Shown: piece by piece, positions 36,709-46,279 of the stretch
Numbering within the stretch: position 1 is the stretch's first letter
How the letters are laid out: each line of letters begins with the position of its first letter
Virus record (IMG/VR): IMGVR_UViG_3300046519_000190
Span: 1 to 64,000 of that record
Direction: 5' to 3' (one strand)
Length of the DNA stretch: 64,000 bases
Source of the DNA: a virus
Notes under the pieces: model-generated
What the model saw: only the letters and a program-made list of their open reading frames with translations
Database searches by the model: none
Told to the model about the DNA's origin: nothing
Translations under genes and position numbers: made by a program

Positions 36709-37229
36709 TTCAGCCAGCTCCAGGTTCTACCGCTTAGAACGTCGTTGATTGTGCGGTGAGAGACGCCAAGGTCTCTTGCCATTTTGAGTTTCAAACTGGA
36801 GCTCCACTTCTTCACTCTGCGAATTCGACGCACTGCTGCCGGGTTCAGCTTCGCACCCGTCACGTCAGAACCCCAGAGTTTGGTTCCGTGAAGCTCCTTG
36901 TCATTCTCGTTCTCTTCCTGAGTCGCCCACTTGAGGTTTGCGAGCCAGTTGTTGCGAGAATTGCCATCGATATGCGCTGCCTGATGCTTCTCAGAGGGCG
37001 CACAGCCCACGAACGCTTCCAAGACGAGCCGATGTACTCGTTTGTTCTTTTCGACGCCCATATCGTCTCTGATGCGCACCCGAAGGTACTCGGTCTTCGA
37101 GTCTTTGGTCTTCTTGTGAACGCTCTGCTTGAGGAACAGTGGGTTCAGACCCTTAAACGACCGTACCCGGCCCAGGCTTGACACCTGATAGTCCGGGAAG
37201 CCGTCGATGTTGCGCCAATCTTCTCTCAT
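36705..37229 (-). CDS. NUMOD4-HNH homing endonuclease
   Basis: W..I.GF..YQVSSLGRVRS; VHRLV..AF..HIDGN..NN...NL.W. Confidence 0.9.
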   Translation of the reverse strand: MREDWRNIDGFPDYQVSSLGRVRSFKGLNPLFLKQSVHKKTKDSKTEYLRVRIRDDMGVEKNKRVHRLVLEAFVGCAPSEKHQAAHIDGNSRNNWLANLKWATQEENENDKELHGTKLWGSDVTGAKLNPAAVRRIRRVKKWSSSLKLKMARDLGVSHRTINDVLSGRTWSWLK

Positions 37230-38080
37230 TATGCCCAACCTCCAATCTCGTATTTTGCGTTTGGATTATTCTCGGCTTTGAACTCAGCCTTAACGATCAC
37301 TTCCGGCTTCTTGAACAGGAAGCGCTTGTCGTTCAGCACGCCCTGGCGCTCAAGTGGTTCAGCCAGATCGAGGATCGCATCGAACACCGCCATCGATTCG
37401 TTGACCATTTCACTGAACAGAGCGATGCCTGTGTCACGCGAACAGCCTCTGTGACGACCAGCCATTCGAACCTTCGAACCGTGCTCGTACATTTCCGGCA
37501 GATCGATCAGGAAGTCTTCACGAAGCGGGCCTTCTGGGTCACCACCATCACGATAGGTGCCGGTGCTGACCGATATCATGAACTTCTTGTTTGTGCCGTC
37601 ATCGTTCTCGGCCGCTACCAGACTCGACAGACGATTGGGTACTTGATCGATCGGCAGATTTCTTTCTTCGGGGGATCCAACAATGACGTCAGCTTTCGTT
37701 CTCCACACACGGGTGACTTTCATCGGCCCGTTGTAGATTGGTCCCCAATGCCGAGCATTCGCAATCCATCTGGTGAACTCGTCGAGTCGAGCTCCAACTC
37801 GCCTGACCCCGTTGATAGCAGCCAGACGATCTTCGTTGGTCTCTTCCGAGAGAAGGGTGCCTTCGATCCTGGTCAGCCAGCCGTTGACCTTTCTGACCAG
37901 CTCATTGGGCGTCTTGATGATGAAGCCAAGAATCTCTTCTGCTGTCACCTTCGGTTCATCGATGAACCGCCCAAGTGGCGTCGGTATGCCACCGTAATTG
38001 GCAAGAACGTCATAGTTCAGCATTGCTTCGCGGAACTCATTGACGGTCTTGTAGCCGGCTGTCTTGAGGAAGTATTGCAT
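37229..38080 (-). CDS. hypothetical protein with C-terminal motif (..EIGGWA)
   Basis: TAATG-coupled ORF. Confidence 0.8.
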   Translation of the reverse strand: MQYFLKTAGYKTVNEFREAMLNYDVLANYGGIPTPLGRFIDEPKVTAEEILGFIIKTPNELVRKVNGWLTRIEGTLLSEETNEDRLAAINGVRRVGARLDEFTRWIANARHWGPIYNGPMKVTRVWRTKADVIVGSPEERNLPIDQVPNRLSSLVAAENDDGTNKKFMISVSTGTYRDGGDPEGPLREDFLIDLPEMYEHGSKVRMAGRHRGCSRDTGIALFSEMVNESMAVFDAILDLAEPLERQGVLNDKRFLFKKPEVIVKAEFKAENNPNAKYEIGGWA

Positions 38081-38775
38081 TATGCCCACCCACCAAAGTC
38101 TGTCTGCCCGTATTGCTTCGCTCGCTCAGCCATCATTTCGTCTTTGTAGGCTTGCGGTCGCAGAATAGAGCCAAGTCTTGTGAATGCAGCCCGGACATCA
38201 GCGTCGTCCATCGCCTTGCTCTCAAGCTTGGTGATGTACGCTGCGATTTCAGGGCTTACAGTGTTCAGGTACTCACGGGTGTAGCCGATCGTACCGGTAT
38301 TCATGCTGTGTAGCTTGGTTGAGCCCAGCGCTGCGACTCTGAACAGGTACACACGCTCATCGCCAACAACGTGGGCACACATCGGCACCCAGACCAGCTC
38401 ACAGCCTTTCCCGATGATCGGAGCGTTGGTGTTTGGACCGCCACCCTCGTACATCGCCGCGATCTGCTGTTTCATCTGCACCGGGTTCATACCCAGGTGA
38501 CGCACAGTCTGGAACAGGCTGTTCATCTTCCGGCACAGCCAGTCTTCTGCATCTGCATAGACTTGGAGAACGTCGTCGTTGATGACCACATTGTCTTCGC
38601 TGACTTCACGCAGGGCTTTGATGATCGCCGCCCCTTTGATAGTCACCGCGCGAATGGACACCTCTTTACCAAGCTCCATTCTGCGGATGTAGTCTTTAGA
38701 GAGTGCCCACTCTCTGCGGCGAAAAGTCTCGCCGCAAAGATCGGGATCAGTCTCTAATCCTTTGATTAGAGGCAT
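38080..38775 (-). CDS. hypothetical protein with C-terminal motif (..TDFGGWA)
   Basis: Start trimmed to MPLIKG after a GAGGA RBS. Confidence 0.8.
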   Translation of the reverse strand: MPLIKGLETDPDLCGETFRRREWALSKDYIRRMELGKEVSIRAVTIKGAAIIKALREVSEDNVVINDDVLQVYADAEDWLCRKMNSLFQTVRHLGMNPVQMKQQIAAMYEGGGPNTNAPIIGKGCELVWVPMCAHVVGDERVYLFRVAALGSTKLHSMNTGTIGYTREYLNTVSPEIAAYITKLESKAMDDADVRAAFTRLGSILRPQAYKDEMMAERAKQYGQTDFGGWA

Positions 38776-38782
38776 CTTTTCC

Positions 38783-40735
38783 TCACAGTACAGTGTTAGG
38801 TTCGATGGTAGATTTACCACCCTTCTTCGTGACGGTCACGCTGTTGCGGATACTATCACGAAGATCACTATGGCTAATTACCAGCACAGTACCCTTGTCG
38901 CGAGACTTGGCATCGAGGATTGCCATCAGACGCTCAAGACCGGCTGCATCGAGGGCCGTATCGATTTCGTCCGCGATGAAGAGCTTGATCGGCTTGTTGG
39001 CTCGACTTGCAACCAGGTCTTGCAGGGCCATTGCACACGCCAGACGGACCTTACGCTTCTCACCACCGGACAGGTCTTTGAAGCTCTCGCCACCAGTCTT
39101 GGACTGGACGTCGATCACGAACTTCTCGCGCAGCTCACCTTTGGCGGTCTTGCTGACGGTCGACCAGATCGCTGCGACGTTGCCGTCAGTCAGCGTGGAC
39201 AGGTAGTGCGACGTGCGGGCGTTCAGATGCGGCGTGACTGTATCCAGGATGTGAGCACGAACGCCGGCCGGGTTGTACACGCGAAGGGCTTCTTCGGCTA
39301 CGAACAGGTCTTTGGCTGCGTCGACGCGCTTCTCTTCCACTTCCTCGATCTTGGCATTGATCGTGTCGATCTGGTCACGGGCATCGTCGATCTGTTGGGT
39401 GTACGGGTCTTTCTTGTCTTTCTCAGCCTGCACGGCCGATTTGGCTGCTTCGAGCCCGGTCTTCTGACGATTCCAGGCTGTCAGAGCCGCGTCCAGCTTC
39501 GCGACGTTCTCTCCAATCGTCGTCAGCTCTGCTGTGAGCGCTGAAACGTCTGTCATGCTCGCACGATACGCACTGAGCGCGCTTTGCGCTGCTGCTTTCG
39601 CTGTAGACGCTTTGTCGTGCGTGTCTGTTGCTGCTTTCACTTTCGCTGCTGCTGCGTCACGCACGTTCGTGGCACGATCAAGGCTGGCCTTGAGGTCGAC
39701 TTCTTCTGAACCCAGAACGTGGCCGCAGGTCTTGCACGGTTGACCGACGTCTTCACCGACGTGCTCAAGGTTGTGCTGAGCCTCATCCAGACGCTGCTGG
39801 AACGACTTCACTTGCATACCGGCATGAGCATCAGCCATACCAGCATCGCCTGCTACGTCAGCCAGACGACGCTCTTCCACACGCTCTGCATCCGACCCGG
39901 CGATCTTGTCGCGGGTGTCAGACAGTTGCTTGGTCAGTTGGGCCTTCTTCTTGACGATCCGGTCGCCCAGAGCATCGTCGAAAGAGGCTTCGAGTGTGAC
40001 CACGTTCGCTTCTGCGTCTGCGATATGGACAAGCTTGCTCGCTTCCCAGTCGGTCGAACGCACACCCAGCGATGCGATGTTGCTGTTCAGCAATTCGATG
40101 TTGGACTGGAGCTTGTCGATCTTGGCCTGATGGTCTTGAACGATCAGCTTGCGGTCTTTGACATGACGGTTCGCGATGTCTGCGGCCGCTTGAAGTTGTG
40201 CAATGCCGGCGCTCTCTTCGATCAGCACCTTCAATTGCTTGTCAGTCATGCCTGGCAGATCGGGCATCGCTTCTTGCCCGGCGTAGATCGCGCTGGAGAA
40301 GACTTCGAGGTTGCAACCAATCACCTTCTCGACCAGCGCTTGGGTGATCTTGTCGGTGCCACCAGTCAGGTCTTTCCAACCCGACGTACCGACTTGCAGC
40401 TCCAGGCGCAGCATGTTCTTGAAGGTCTTGTGCTTGCGGTAGCGGGCGATGCGGTACACGTCATCAGTGTCTTCGTCGACCACAGTCACTTCGACAGCGG
40501 TATCTTTCTTCGCTGTGCGGTTGACGATCTTGTCACCAGACTGACCTTTCGCAGTCTCGCCGTAGAACGCCCAGCACAGGGCATCCGGGATGGTCGACTT
40601 GCCAGACCCGTTCGAGTCTTGCGAGGTGTCATCCTTGTTGTCGCCTTGCACCAGAACCAAACCCTTGTCATCAAGGGCAACTTGTACTTCACCGATCGCG
40701 GCGAAGTTTTGAATTGTCAGGCCAAGAATCTTCAT
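38783..40735 (-). CDS. sbcC: SbcC/Rad50-like ATPase
   Basis: NGSGKS Walker A, coiled coil, CKTC hook, LSGGE signature, IADE. Confidence 0.93.
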   Translation of the reverse strand: MKILGLTIQNFAAIGEVQVALDDKGLVLVQGDNKDDTSQDSNGSGKSTIPDALCWAFYGETAKGQSGDKIVNRTAKKDTAVEVTVVDEDTDDVYRIARYRKHKTFKNMLRLELQVGTSGWKDLTGGTDKITQALVEKVIGCNLEVFSSAIYAGQEAMPDLPGMTDKQLKVLIEESAGIAQLQAAADIANRHVKDRKLIVQDHQAKIDKLQSNIELLNSNIASLGVRSTDWEASKLVHIADAEANVVTLEASFDDALGDRIVKKKAQLTKQLSDTRDKIAGSDAERVEERRLADVAGDAGMADAHAGMQVKSFQQRLDEAQHNLEHVGEDVGQPCKTCGHVLGSEEVDLKASLDRATNVRDAAAAKVKAATDTHDKASTAKAAAQSALSAYRASMTDVSALTAELTTIGENVAKLDAALTAWNRQKTGLEAAKSAVQAEKDKKDPYTQQIDDARDQIDTINAKIEEVEEKRVDAAKDLFVAEEALRVYNPAGVRAHILDTVTPHLNARTSHYLSTLTDGNVAAIWSTVSKTAKGELREKFVIDVQSKTGGESFKDLSGGEKRKVRLACAMALQDLVASRANKPIKLFIADEIDTALDAAGLERLMAILDAKSRDKGTVLVISHSDLRDSIRNSVTVTKKGGKSTIEPNTVL

Positions 40736-41820
40736 ACGGTAATGCTCTCGACTTCGGTGAGGATGTCCATGCACAGCTTCTCTACTTCTGGCTGTGTACT
40801 GGTCGCGGAGTTCGCACGAATCCAATCAGTCACAGACTGACGGACAGTTGGTGCGGTTGGAGCTGGAGTACCCGGCGCTGGACGCGCTGTCGCAGTACCC
40901 TTTGGAACCGGGATTGCATCGACGTTGCAACCGAGCGCGCCCAGACCAACGATGTGGTCACGGATCATGTCGATTTCGTCGTTGTCAGCTTCACCCAGGC
41001 GAACACGAATGAACGAGCCTTTGCACTGCTCGGCCGCTTCGTCATCGTCCCAGGACAGGTCGAAGTCTTTGAACTGCGGGCTGTTGTTCTTGAAGTGATT
41101 CACGCCAGTGTCATCGACGATGATGTGGCCGGCCAGAGTCTTCACGTCGCTCCAGGTTTGATGCGTCAGAGCACCCACGCTGTAGACTTCGCCTTCGAAC
41201 GCTTTGTGATTGTGGTAGTGACCGGAGAACACACGCTTGAAGCCCAGACGCTCCAGCTCTTTGGCGTAGAAGCCGTGATCAGGGATACCGAACAACACGC
41301 CGTTCACGGGCGCATGCAGCATGAGAGTGTAGCTGGAAGCGTCGTCGCCCAGGTCTTGAATCTCTGCAACCGCGTCGATGATGTGCTTGCGGACGTCATC
41401 GAGACTGTCATACCAGGGGATCATGACCACGCAGTCATCGTGGAAGGTCTTCGGACGGCTGACGATAGTCACGCCTTCGATTGGGCTCAGAGCTTCACAG
41501 GCGTTGCTCAGCGCTTCACTGTCACGGCTTTCGAGGTCGTGGTTGCCGGTCAGCACACGAATCTTCAAGCCTTTGATGGCGAGCTTGATGAACAGGTCTT
41601 TGACAGGGTTCAGAACCTTCGGGCTGACAGAGCCACGAACATGAAACAGGTCGCCGGTGATGTACAGGGTGTCACCACCGCTGCTCAGAACTTGATCGCC
41701 GGCAAGCTCAGTGGCATTGAGAATGTCTTGCAGTCGGCTGTTCACGCCGCTCGGGAGAATTCGTGAAAACTGGGACCATCCGTGCATGTGTACATCGGAG
41801 ATTACGCCATAAGGTTTCAT
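40732..41820 (-). CDS. sbcD: SbcD/Mre11-like nuclease
   Basis: SDVH, GDLFH, GNHD, GHYH motifs. Confidence 0.93.
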   Translation of the reverse strand: MKPYGVISDVHMHGWSQFSRILPSGVNSRLQDILNATELAGDQVLSSGGDTLYITGDLFHVRGSVSPKVLNPVKDLFIKLAIKGLKIRVLTGNHDLESRDSEALSNACEALSPIEGVTIVSRPKTFHDDCVVMIPWYDSLDDVRKHIIDAVAEIQDLGDDASSYTLMLHAPVNGVLFGIPDHGFYAKELERLGFKRVFSGHYHNHKAFEGEVYSVGALTHQTWSDVKTLAGHIIVDDTGVNHFKNNSPQFKDFDLSWDDDEAAEQCKGSFIRVRLGEADNDEIDMIRDHIVGLGALGCNVDAIPVPKGTATARPAPGTPAPTAPTVRQSVTDWIRANSATSTQPEVEKLCMDILTEVESITV

Positions 41821-41854
41821 TGGTTGAGCGTCTCGCTGTTTGATTTGAGTTGCT

Positions 41855-41885
41855 ATTCTGCGCGATTGCGCATGGGCTTGCGTGG
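41855..41885 (-). promoter_or_regulatory. CC-N8-CC-N13 promoter-like element
   Basis: -10 CAGAAT, exact spacing. Confidence 0.7.
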
Positions 41886-41913
41886 GGTCTGCTAGCTACC
41901 CGAAGGTAGAATA

Positions 41914-41943
41914 GAAAAAGGACGGTTTCCCGTCCTTTTCTTT
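41914..41943. terminator. bidirectional Rho-independent terminator
   Basis: AAAAGGACGG-tttc-CCGTCCTTTT. Confidence 0.8.
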
Positions 41944-41956
41944 GTCGCTCTGGAGC

Positions 41957-42376
41957 TTATGACCGACTGTTATTGATGGTCACGTTCTTGCTTTCTGCCG
42001 CTCGACGCTGAGCTGGCGACTTGCGCACGATCTTCCAGAGCAGGATCAAAGCTGCGAAACCCCAAGCGAAGTGCCAGTATGGAATCGTCTGATACACCGG
42101 CGGCAGCGATGGGAAGTACGTCAGACCCAACTGCATGTAGGTCCATGCGAACCACACGAAGAAGCCGACGACCATACCCGGCAGAAGGACCATCACGAAG
42201 ACGACCGCTGCGATTGCAGCCAGAAACAGCGCGACACCGACGATCACGACACCGGCCAGAATCAGGAACGATACGACCGGGCCGGAAGCTTTGATCTTCG
42301 CATCGATCTTCGGCTTGATGGTGCTTGCGTACAGGTTCTTCAAGGCTTCGAACTTGCGTTTCAGGTACTCTTTCAT
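41957..42376 (-). CDS. membrane protein (about 3 TM)
   Basis: Long hydrophobic stretches; ATGA-coupled to recA. Confidence 0.75.
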   Translation of the reverse strand: MKEYLKRKFEALKNLYASTIKPKIDAKIKASGPVVSFLILAGVVIVGVALFLAAIAAVVFVMVLLPGMVVGFFVWFAWTYMQLGLTYFPSLPPVYQTIPYWHFAWGFAALILLWKIVRKSPAQRRAAESKNVTINNSRS

Positions 42377-43494
42377 TCTGCTTCTCCAACTTCTGTTTCG
42401 CCGCCTTCGGTCGGCAGGGTTTCGGACTCAGCGTCCGCTGTAGCCAGGTCTTCCACCTTCTCAGGAAGGAATGCCCGGAGTTTCTTCATCGCATCAGGGT
42501 CAGCCTGGAGCTTGGTTTCAACCTGGCTCTGATACAGCTTCTTGCCTTCCCAGATGATGTACTTGCCATCACGCGGCAGCAGGTCTTTGCGGACCAGGAA
42601 GTCGAGTGTAGACCCAACAACGTCAACTGTCGCACCAAAGCCGGTCATGTTGTACATCACACGCCACTTCGCACGCTGGAACGGACGAGTCACTTTGTTC
42701 TTGACCACGTTCGCGGTGATTTCCTGACCCAGCGTCTGCTTCTTGTCAGCGTCCTTCTCACCGTTGGTGATCATCTTGCGACCCAGGCTGATACGGATCG
42801 AAGCGTAGTATTCGGCAGCGTTACCACCTGGGGTAGTGGTTGGGTCGCCGTACATCACACCCGGCTTCATACGAATCTGGTTCAGCAAGATCACGGTCAT
42901 GTTGTAATCTTCCGCGAACTGAGCCAACTGAGGGTAGTTCTGACTGGTCGCAGTAGCGAGAGCCAGCTTGTCCTTCATGTTGATCCGGTCAGTGCGACGC
43001 TTGCCTTTGTCGTCGTACAGCTTGTCGTAAGGCACCATCGACGCAACCGAGTCGAACACCCAAACCAGGGGAGCTTCGTCCGGGATGAGCTTGTTCTTGC
43101 GAACGCCTTCGCAGAATGCCATTGCAGTCTGGATCGACTCTTCGAACGTCTCTGGGCGCTTGTAGACGAAGTTACCTTCATCTTCACCCACATTCATGCC
43201 CAACGACGCAGCGAGCAGTGGTTCGAAGCTACGTTCGTGGTCAGAGAAGCCGGCGATACCACCAGCGTCTTGCGCGGCCTTCATGATCATTGTGGCCAAG
43301 AAGGTCTTACCCGACGACGCTGGACCGAAAATCTCGATCATGCGGCCGCCTGGTACACCACCATCGTCGAAGCGACCGGAGAGTGCAGCGTCCAGCTCAG
43401 GGATGCCAGTAGACATCCAGTTTTTGATACCGACACGCTTAGCGTTACCGCCAATGATGCCTTCGAGTGCCAATGCGAGTTTAGACTTTGCCAT
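42373..43494 (-). CDS. recA: RecA/UvsX recombinase
   Basis: STG...LD.AL, GPASSGKT, DSVA, NQIR.K.GVMYG.P.TTPGG, KNKV. Confidence 0.95.
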   Translation of the reverse strand: MAKSKLALALEGIIGGNAKRVGIKNWMSTGIPELDAALSGRFDDGGVPGGRMIEIFGPASSGKTFLATMIMKAAQDAGGIAGFSDHERSFEPLLAASLGMNVGEDEGNFVYKRPETFEESIQTAMAFCEGVRKNKLIPDEAPLVWVFDSVASMVPYDKLYDDKGKRRTDRINMKDKLALATATSQNYPQLAQFAEDYNMTVILLNQIRMKPGVMYGDPTTTPGGNAAEYYASIRISLGRKMITNGEKDADKKQTLGQEITANVVKNKVTRPFQRAKWRVMYNMTGFGATVDVVGSTLDFLVRKDLLPRDGKYIIWEGKKLYQSQVETKLQADPDAMKKLRAFLPEKVEDLATADAESETLPTEGGETEVGEAE

Positions 43495-43505
43495 CTGTTT
43501 GATCC

Positions 43506-44462
43506 TTATGCGAAGGTTTTGCGCCAGTTCTTCATGTCGGTGATGATCGTCATGAAGGCGTACTCGTGGCACAAATCAATGAAACCACTCTCGTTGAATG
43601 CCGACTTGAGAATGATCTGGTTGTTGATGATTTCGTTGCTGCGATGGCGCTTGCTGAGCAGGCTCATCAGTTGCATGTTCCGCTTGAACACTTCCCGGCC
43701 ATCACCGAAGACGAAGTTCTCGATCTTCTTGCGCCAGAACGACAGCTCTGGTGGCAGGTCAGACTTGCTGACTTCTTTCACAGGCAGACTGTCTGCCCAA
43801 GCGAACAGCTTGGCTACGCTGCCCCACTGCTTGAAGATCAGCGGTACTGCTTTGTCACCAATGCCTTCGACGCCTTTGATGTTGTCGCTGCCGTCGCCGA
43901 TCATTGCTTTCGACTGAGCGAACTCGACCACGTTCTTGCAGCCGGTCACTTCCTCGAAGTTGTTCACGTCGACAAACAGACCCTCAGTGCGAGGATCGAA
44001 CCAGTCAACGTCATCACAGACCATTTGAAGCCAGTCGTGATCACCGGATACCAACAGAATCTTCTGGTTCGGTGTGCGGTTGTGGACGATTGCTGATGCG
44101 AGGTCGTCTGCTTCATCGCCCTTTGCGAAGCGTTGCTCCAGACCCGCCAGCGACAGCGCTTGGCGAAGAATCGGAACCTGGCGCTTGTACTCACGGCGAG
44201 AGACTGCTTTCTCGGGAGTGTTGTCGCGCTTGCCTTTGTACTCAGGGTGAATCGCGTAACGCCATTTTGCTCTGTCATCCCACAAGCAGGCTGACTGAGT
44301 GCGCCCGGGTGTACCGAACTGCTCGATTGCCTTCTTCATCATTTTCAGACCGAAGAAGACAGCTTGAATTTCGCCGGTGCGGTGTTTCAGCACGCGAGCA
44401 TTGTGAGCGGCATACCCAATAGAGTTGCCGTCGATCAGGATCAGATCGTATTGCTTGGTCAT
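43506..44462 (-). CDS. 5'-3' exonuclease / flap endonuclease (T5 D15 / RNase H-like)
   Basis: LIDGNS, R..I.P.YK..R, EADD, SGD.D..Q, GD.SDNI.GV.GIG.K. Confidence 0.92.
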   Translation of the reverse strand: MTKQYDLILIDGNSIGYAAHNARVLKHRTGEIQAVFFGLKMMKKAIEQFGTPGRTQSACLWDDRAKWRYAIHPEYKGKRDNTPEKAVSRREYKRQVPILRQALSLAGLEQRFAKGDEADDLASAIVHNRTPNQKILLVSGDHDWLQMVCDDVDWFDPRTEGLFVDVNNFEEVTGCKNVVEFAQSKAMIGDGSDNIKGVEGIGDKAVPLIFKQWGSVAKLFAWADSLPVKEVSKSDLPPELSFWRKKIENFVFGDGREVFKRNMQLMSLLSKRHRSNEIINNQIILKSAFNESGFIDLCHEYAFMTIITDMKNWRKTFA

Positions 44463-44484
44463 GATTTGCGCCTCGAAAGAGAAG

Positions 44485-44506
44485 AAAAGGGGCTTTGCAG
44501 CCCCTT
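44485..44506 (-). terminator. Rho-independent terminator
   Basis: AAGGGGCT/AGCCCCTT stem plus T-tract after the SSB gene. Confidence 0.75.
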
Positions 44507-44526
44507 CACTTGATCCGCTTGGGTGA

Positions 44527-45369
44527 TTAACCCAGCAGCTCGTCCAGCTCGTCGAGGTCCGACAGATCGTCGGCAGCGGTGCTGCCACCTACAGAGCCTT
44601 TCGCAGTCGGACTGACCGTTTCGAACTCTGCATCATCGGCATCCGCGGACAGATCCGCCAATGCAGGATGGCTACCACGTTTTGCAGGGGAACCCGAGTT
44701 GCTCGGCAGGATGCCCACGATTGCGCCGACAGAGGTCAGAGCTTTCGTTTCACCAGCCGGGTTCTCTTGAGCTACGAACTCGTCGAGGTTCGGGAGGTTG
44801 GTCAGGAACTTCGCAGGAACTGGTTTCGACTTCGCAGCCGGCATGACAGTGTACTTGGTGTCCAGACCGGAGCCGGTACGGGTGATCTTGAGGTCTGTAC
44901 CTTCGTTGAGGTCGGTGATATCACCGTACTCGCCGATGAGGCCGCAGATTGCTTCGAACACGCCCTGGCCGACTTCCATGATCTGCACTTTTTCTGGCTC
45001 TGGGCCGGTCAGGTGCAGAACGTTCAGCAGGTAGCGCTGAGCGGACAATGCTTCTTTCAGCATCTTGGTCTGATCGTCCGAAGTCGATACAGCCATCAGC
45101 TTTTTGGCTGCTTCGCAGACTTCGCAAGGCTTGCCGAAAGTCTTGTCGCTGCATACGTACACCGCAGCAGGCTTACCAGCGCTTTCAGGGGTCTTGATGA
45201 AGTGCATGGCAAAGTCATGCCAGAATTGCTTCTCGTCACCACCACGCCAGCTTGGCAGCACGCGGTAGGTGTGAGTACCAGGTTGCGGCTTGAGAGTGTT
45301 CTGGCGCGATTTCTTCGCGGCCATGTCTTTCTGTTTGCCAGCAATCAGGTCTTGAATCGAAGTGCCCAT
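44527..45369 (-). CDS. gp32-like single-stranded DNA-binding protein
   Basis: R.LP..., H..., C...CEVC zinc site, DITD..EG.D..ITR.G.GL.T.Y, acidic tail DLDELDELLG. Confidence 0.75.
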   Translation of the reverse strand: MGTSIQDLIAGKQKDMAAKKSRQNTLKPQPGTHTYRVLPSWRGGDEKQFWHDFAMHFIKTPESAGKPAAVYVCSDKTFGKPCEVCEAAKKLMAVSTSDDQTKMLKEALSAQRYLLNVLHLTGPEPEKVQIMEVGQGVFEAICGLIGEYGDITDLNEGTDLKITRTGSGLDTKYTVMPAAKSKPVPAKFLTNLPNLDEFVAQENPAGETKALTSVGAIVGILPSNSGSPAKRGSHPALADLSADADDAEFETVSPTAKGSVGGSTAADDLSDLDELDELLG

Positions 45370-45553
45370 TTTGTATCTCCGCTTATATGTCGATCATGTC
45401 GATTAGGTTTGTATTGCGAGGTGTCGAACTGTCGAAATTTTCATCAGAAGGGATTATGCACCTGGGCTACTAACCTGGGCTTTAGCGCCCTTCTGATGTT
45501 GTCATTCTACTGCGTTGTTTCTTGCTGTGCTACAGGCAGATCAGAGGCAGAAA

Positions 45554-46183
45554 TCAGTCGCTCGAAGAGCTGCACGAACCGGAGTCGGAGCTGCTCGAAG
45601 AGGACGAAGAGCTGCACGACGAAGAGCCGCTGCTATCACCCCAAGAGCCGCTTGCACCACCGCCACCGAAGCTACCACCGCCACCGTGATGCGACGAATT
45701 GTGGCTAGAGCTACGAACAGGCTCATCGTCTGCGCTGCTGTTGAAGGCATACAGATCACGCTGCCGGCGTTGCTCTTCCTGGGTGTCATTGTCACGACGG
45801 CGTGCATCATCCGCTTCACGACGCTGGCGATCGTAGTAGGCATCGTCGCGCTCACGCTTGGTCTTGTCCTGACGATCATTGACCCGGGTTGGGCGAGGGT
45901 CGATTTTCGGGATAGGGTAGTTGGACTGCCCTTCCCGAGTAGAGCCCATGCGAACTACGCCAATTGGCTTGCGTGCGATGTCTTGCGGGCCTGCATCGAG
46001 TCGTGATTCGCGTATCGCCTTGTACAGATCACCACCTGGACGAAGACGGTCGGCTTCACGACGCTCATTTGCGCGGCGTTCTTGTGCTGCGATTTGACGA
46101 CGGCGCTTACGGTTCAAATAAACCGTGACGCCGGCTGCAACTACGAGGGAGGTCGTAGCGCAGCCTGCAATCAGTAAATCCAT
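45554..46183 (-). CDS. membrane-anchored protein with Gly/Ser-rich tail
   Basis: N-terminal TM; GGGGSFGGGGASGSW plus Ser-rich C-terminus. Confidence 0.75.
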   Translation of the reverse strand: MDLLIAGCATTSLVVAAGVTVYLNRKRRRQIAAQERRANERREADRLRPGGDLYKAIRESRLDAGPQDIARKPIGVVRMGSTREGQSNYPIPKIDPRPTRVNDRQDKTKRERDDAYYDRQRREADDARRRDNDTQEEQRRQRDLYAFNSSADDEPVRSSSHNSSHHGGGGSFGGGGASGSWGDSSGSSSCSSSSSSSSSDSGSCSSSSD

Positions 46184-46198
46184 TCTTCACACTCCTGG

Positions 46199-46279
46199 TT
46201 AGAAATCGCCGTAGCCTGTACCTGGACCATCATCGCCAGGCTTTGGGGCATCTTCATTATCGGGTTCGTCTTGGATCAT
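46199..46279 (-). CDS. 26-aa acidic peptide ending ..TGYGDF; not in ORF track
   Basis: Manual translation MIQDEPDNEDAPKPGDDGPGTGYGDF; fills the intergenic gap; GGAG upstream. Confidence 0.5.
   Translation of the reverse strand: MIQDEPDNEDAPKPGDDGPGTGYGDF

Noticed and set aside
15683-38089. Explaining the C-terminal G-x-W-A motif purely as Shine-Dalgarno (GGAGG) plus ATGA overlap
   Set aside because: This may contribute in GGWA cases. However, the Gly codons vary (GGT, GGC, GGA, GGG), W and F interchange, and carriers at 3461, 5023, 17773 and 57483 have no overlapping downstream start.
36090-45530. CC-phased promoters upstream of nrdA (TACAAT at 36107) and the SSB gene (TAGAAT at 45504)
   Set aside because: -10-like hexamers are present but the CC pairs are not at the consensus spacing, so they were not included in the set.
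45554-45690. Short tandem-like repeats (GAAGAGCTGCACGA)
   Set aside because: Explained by the Ser/Gly low-complexity tail of the CDS.
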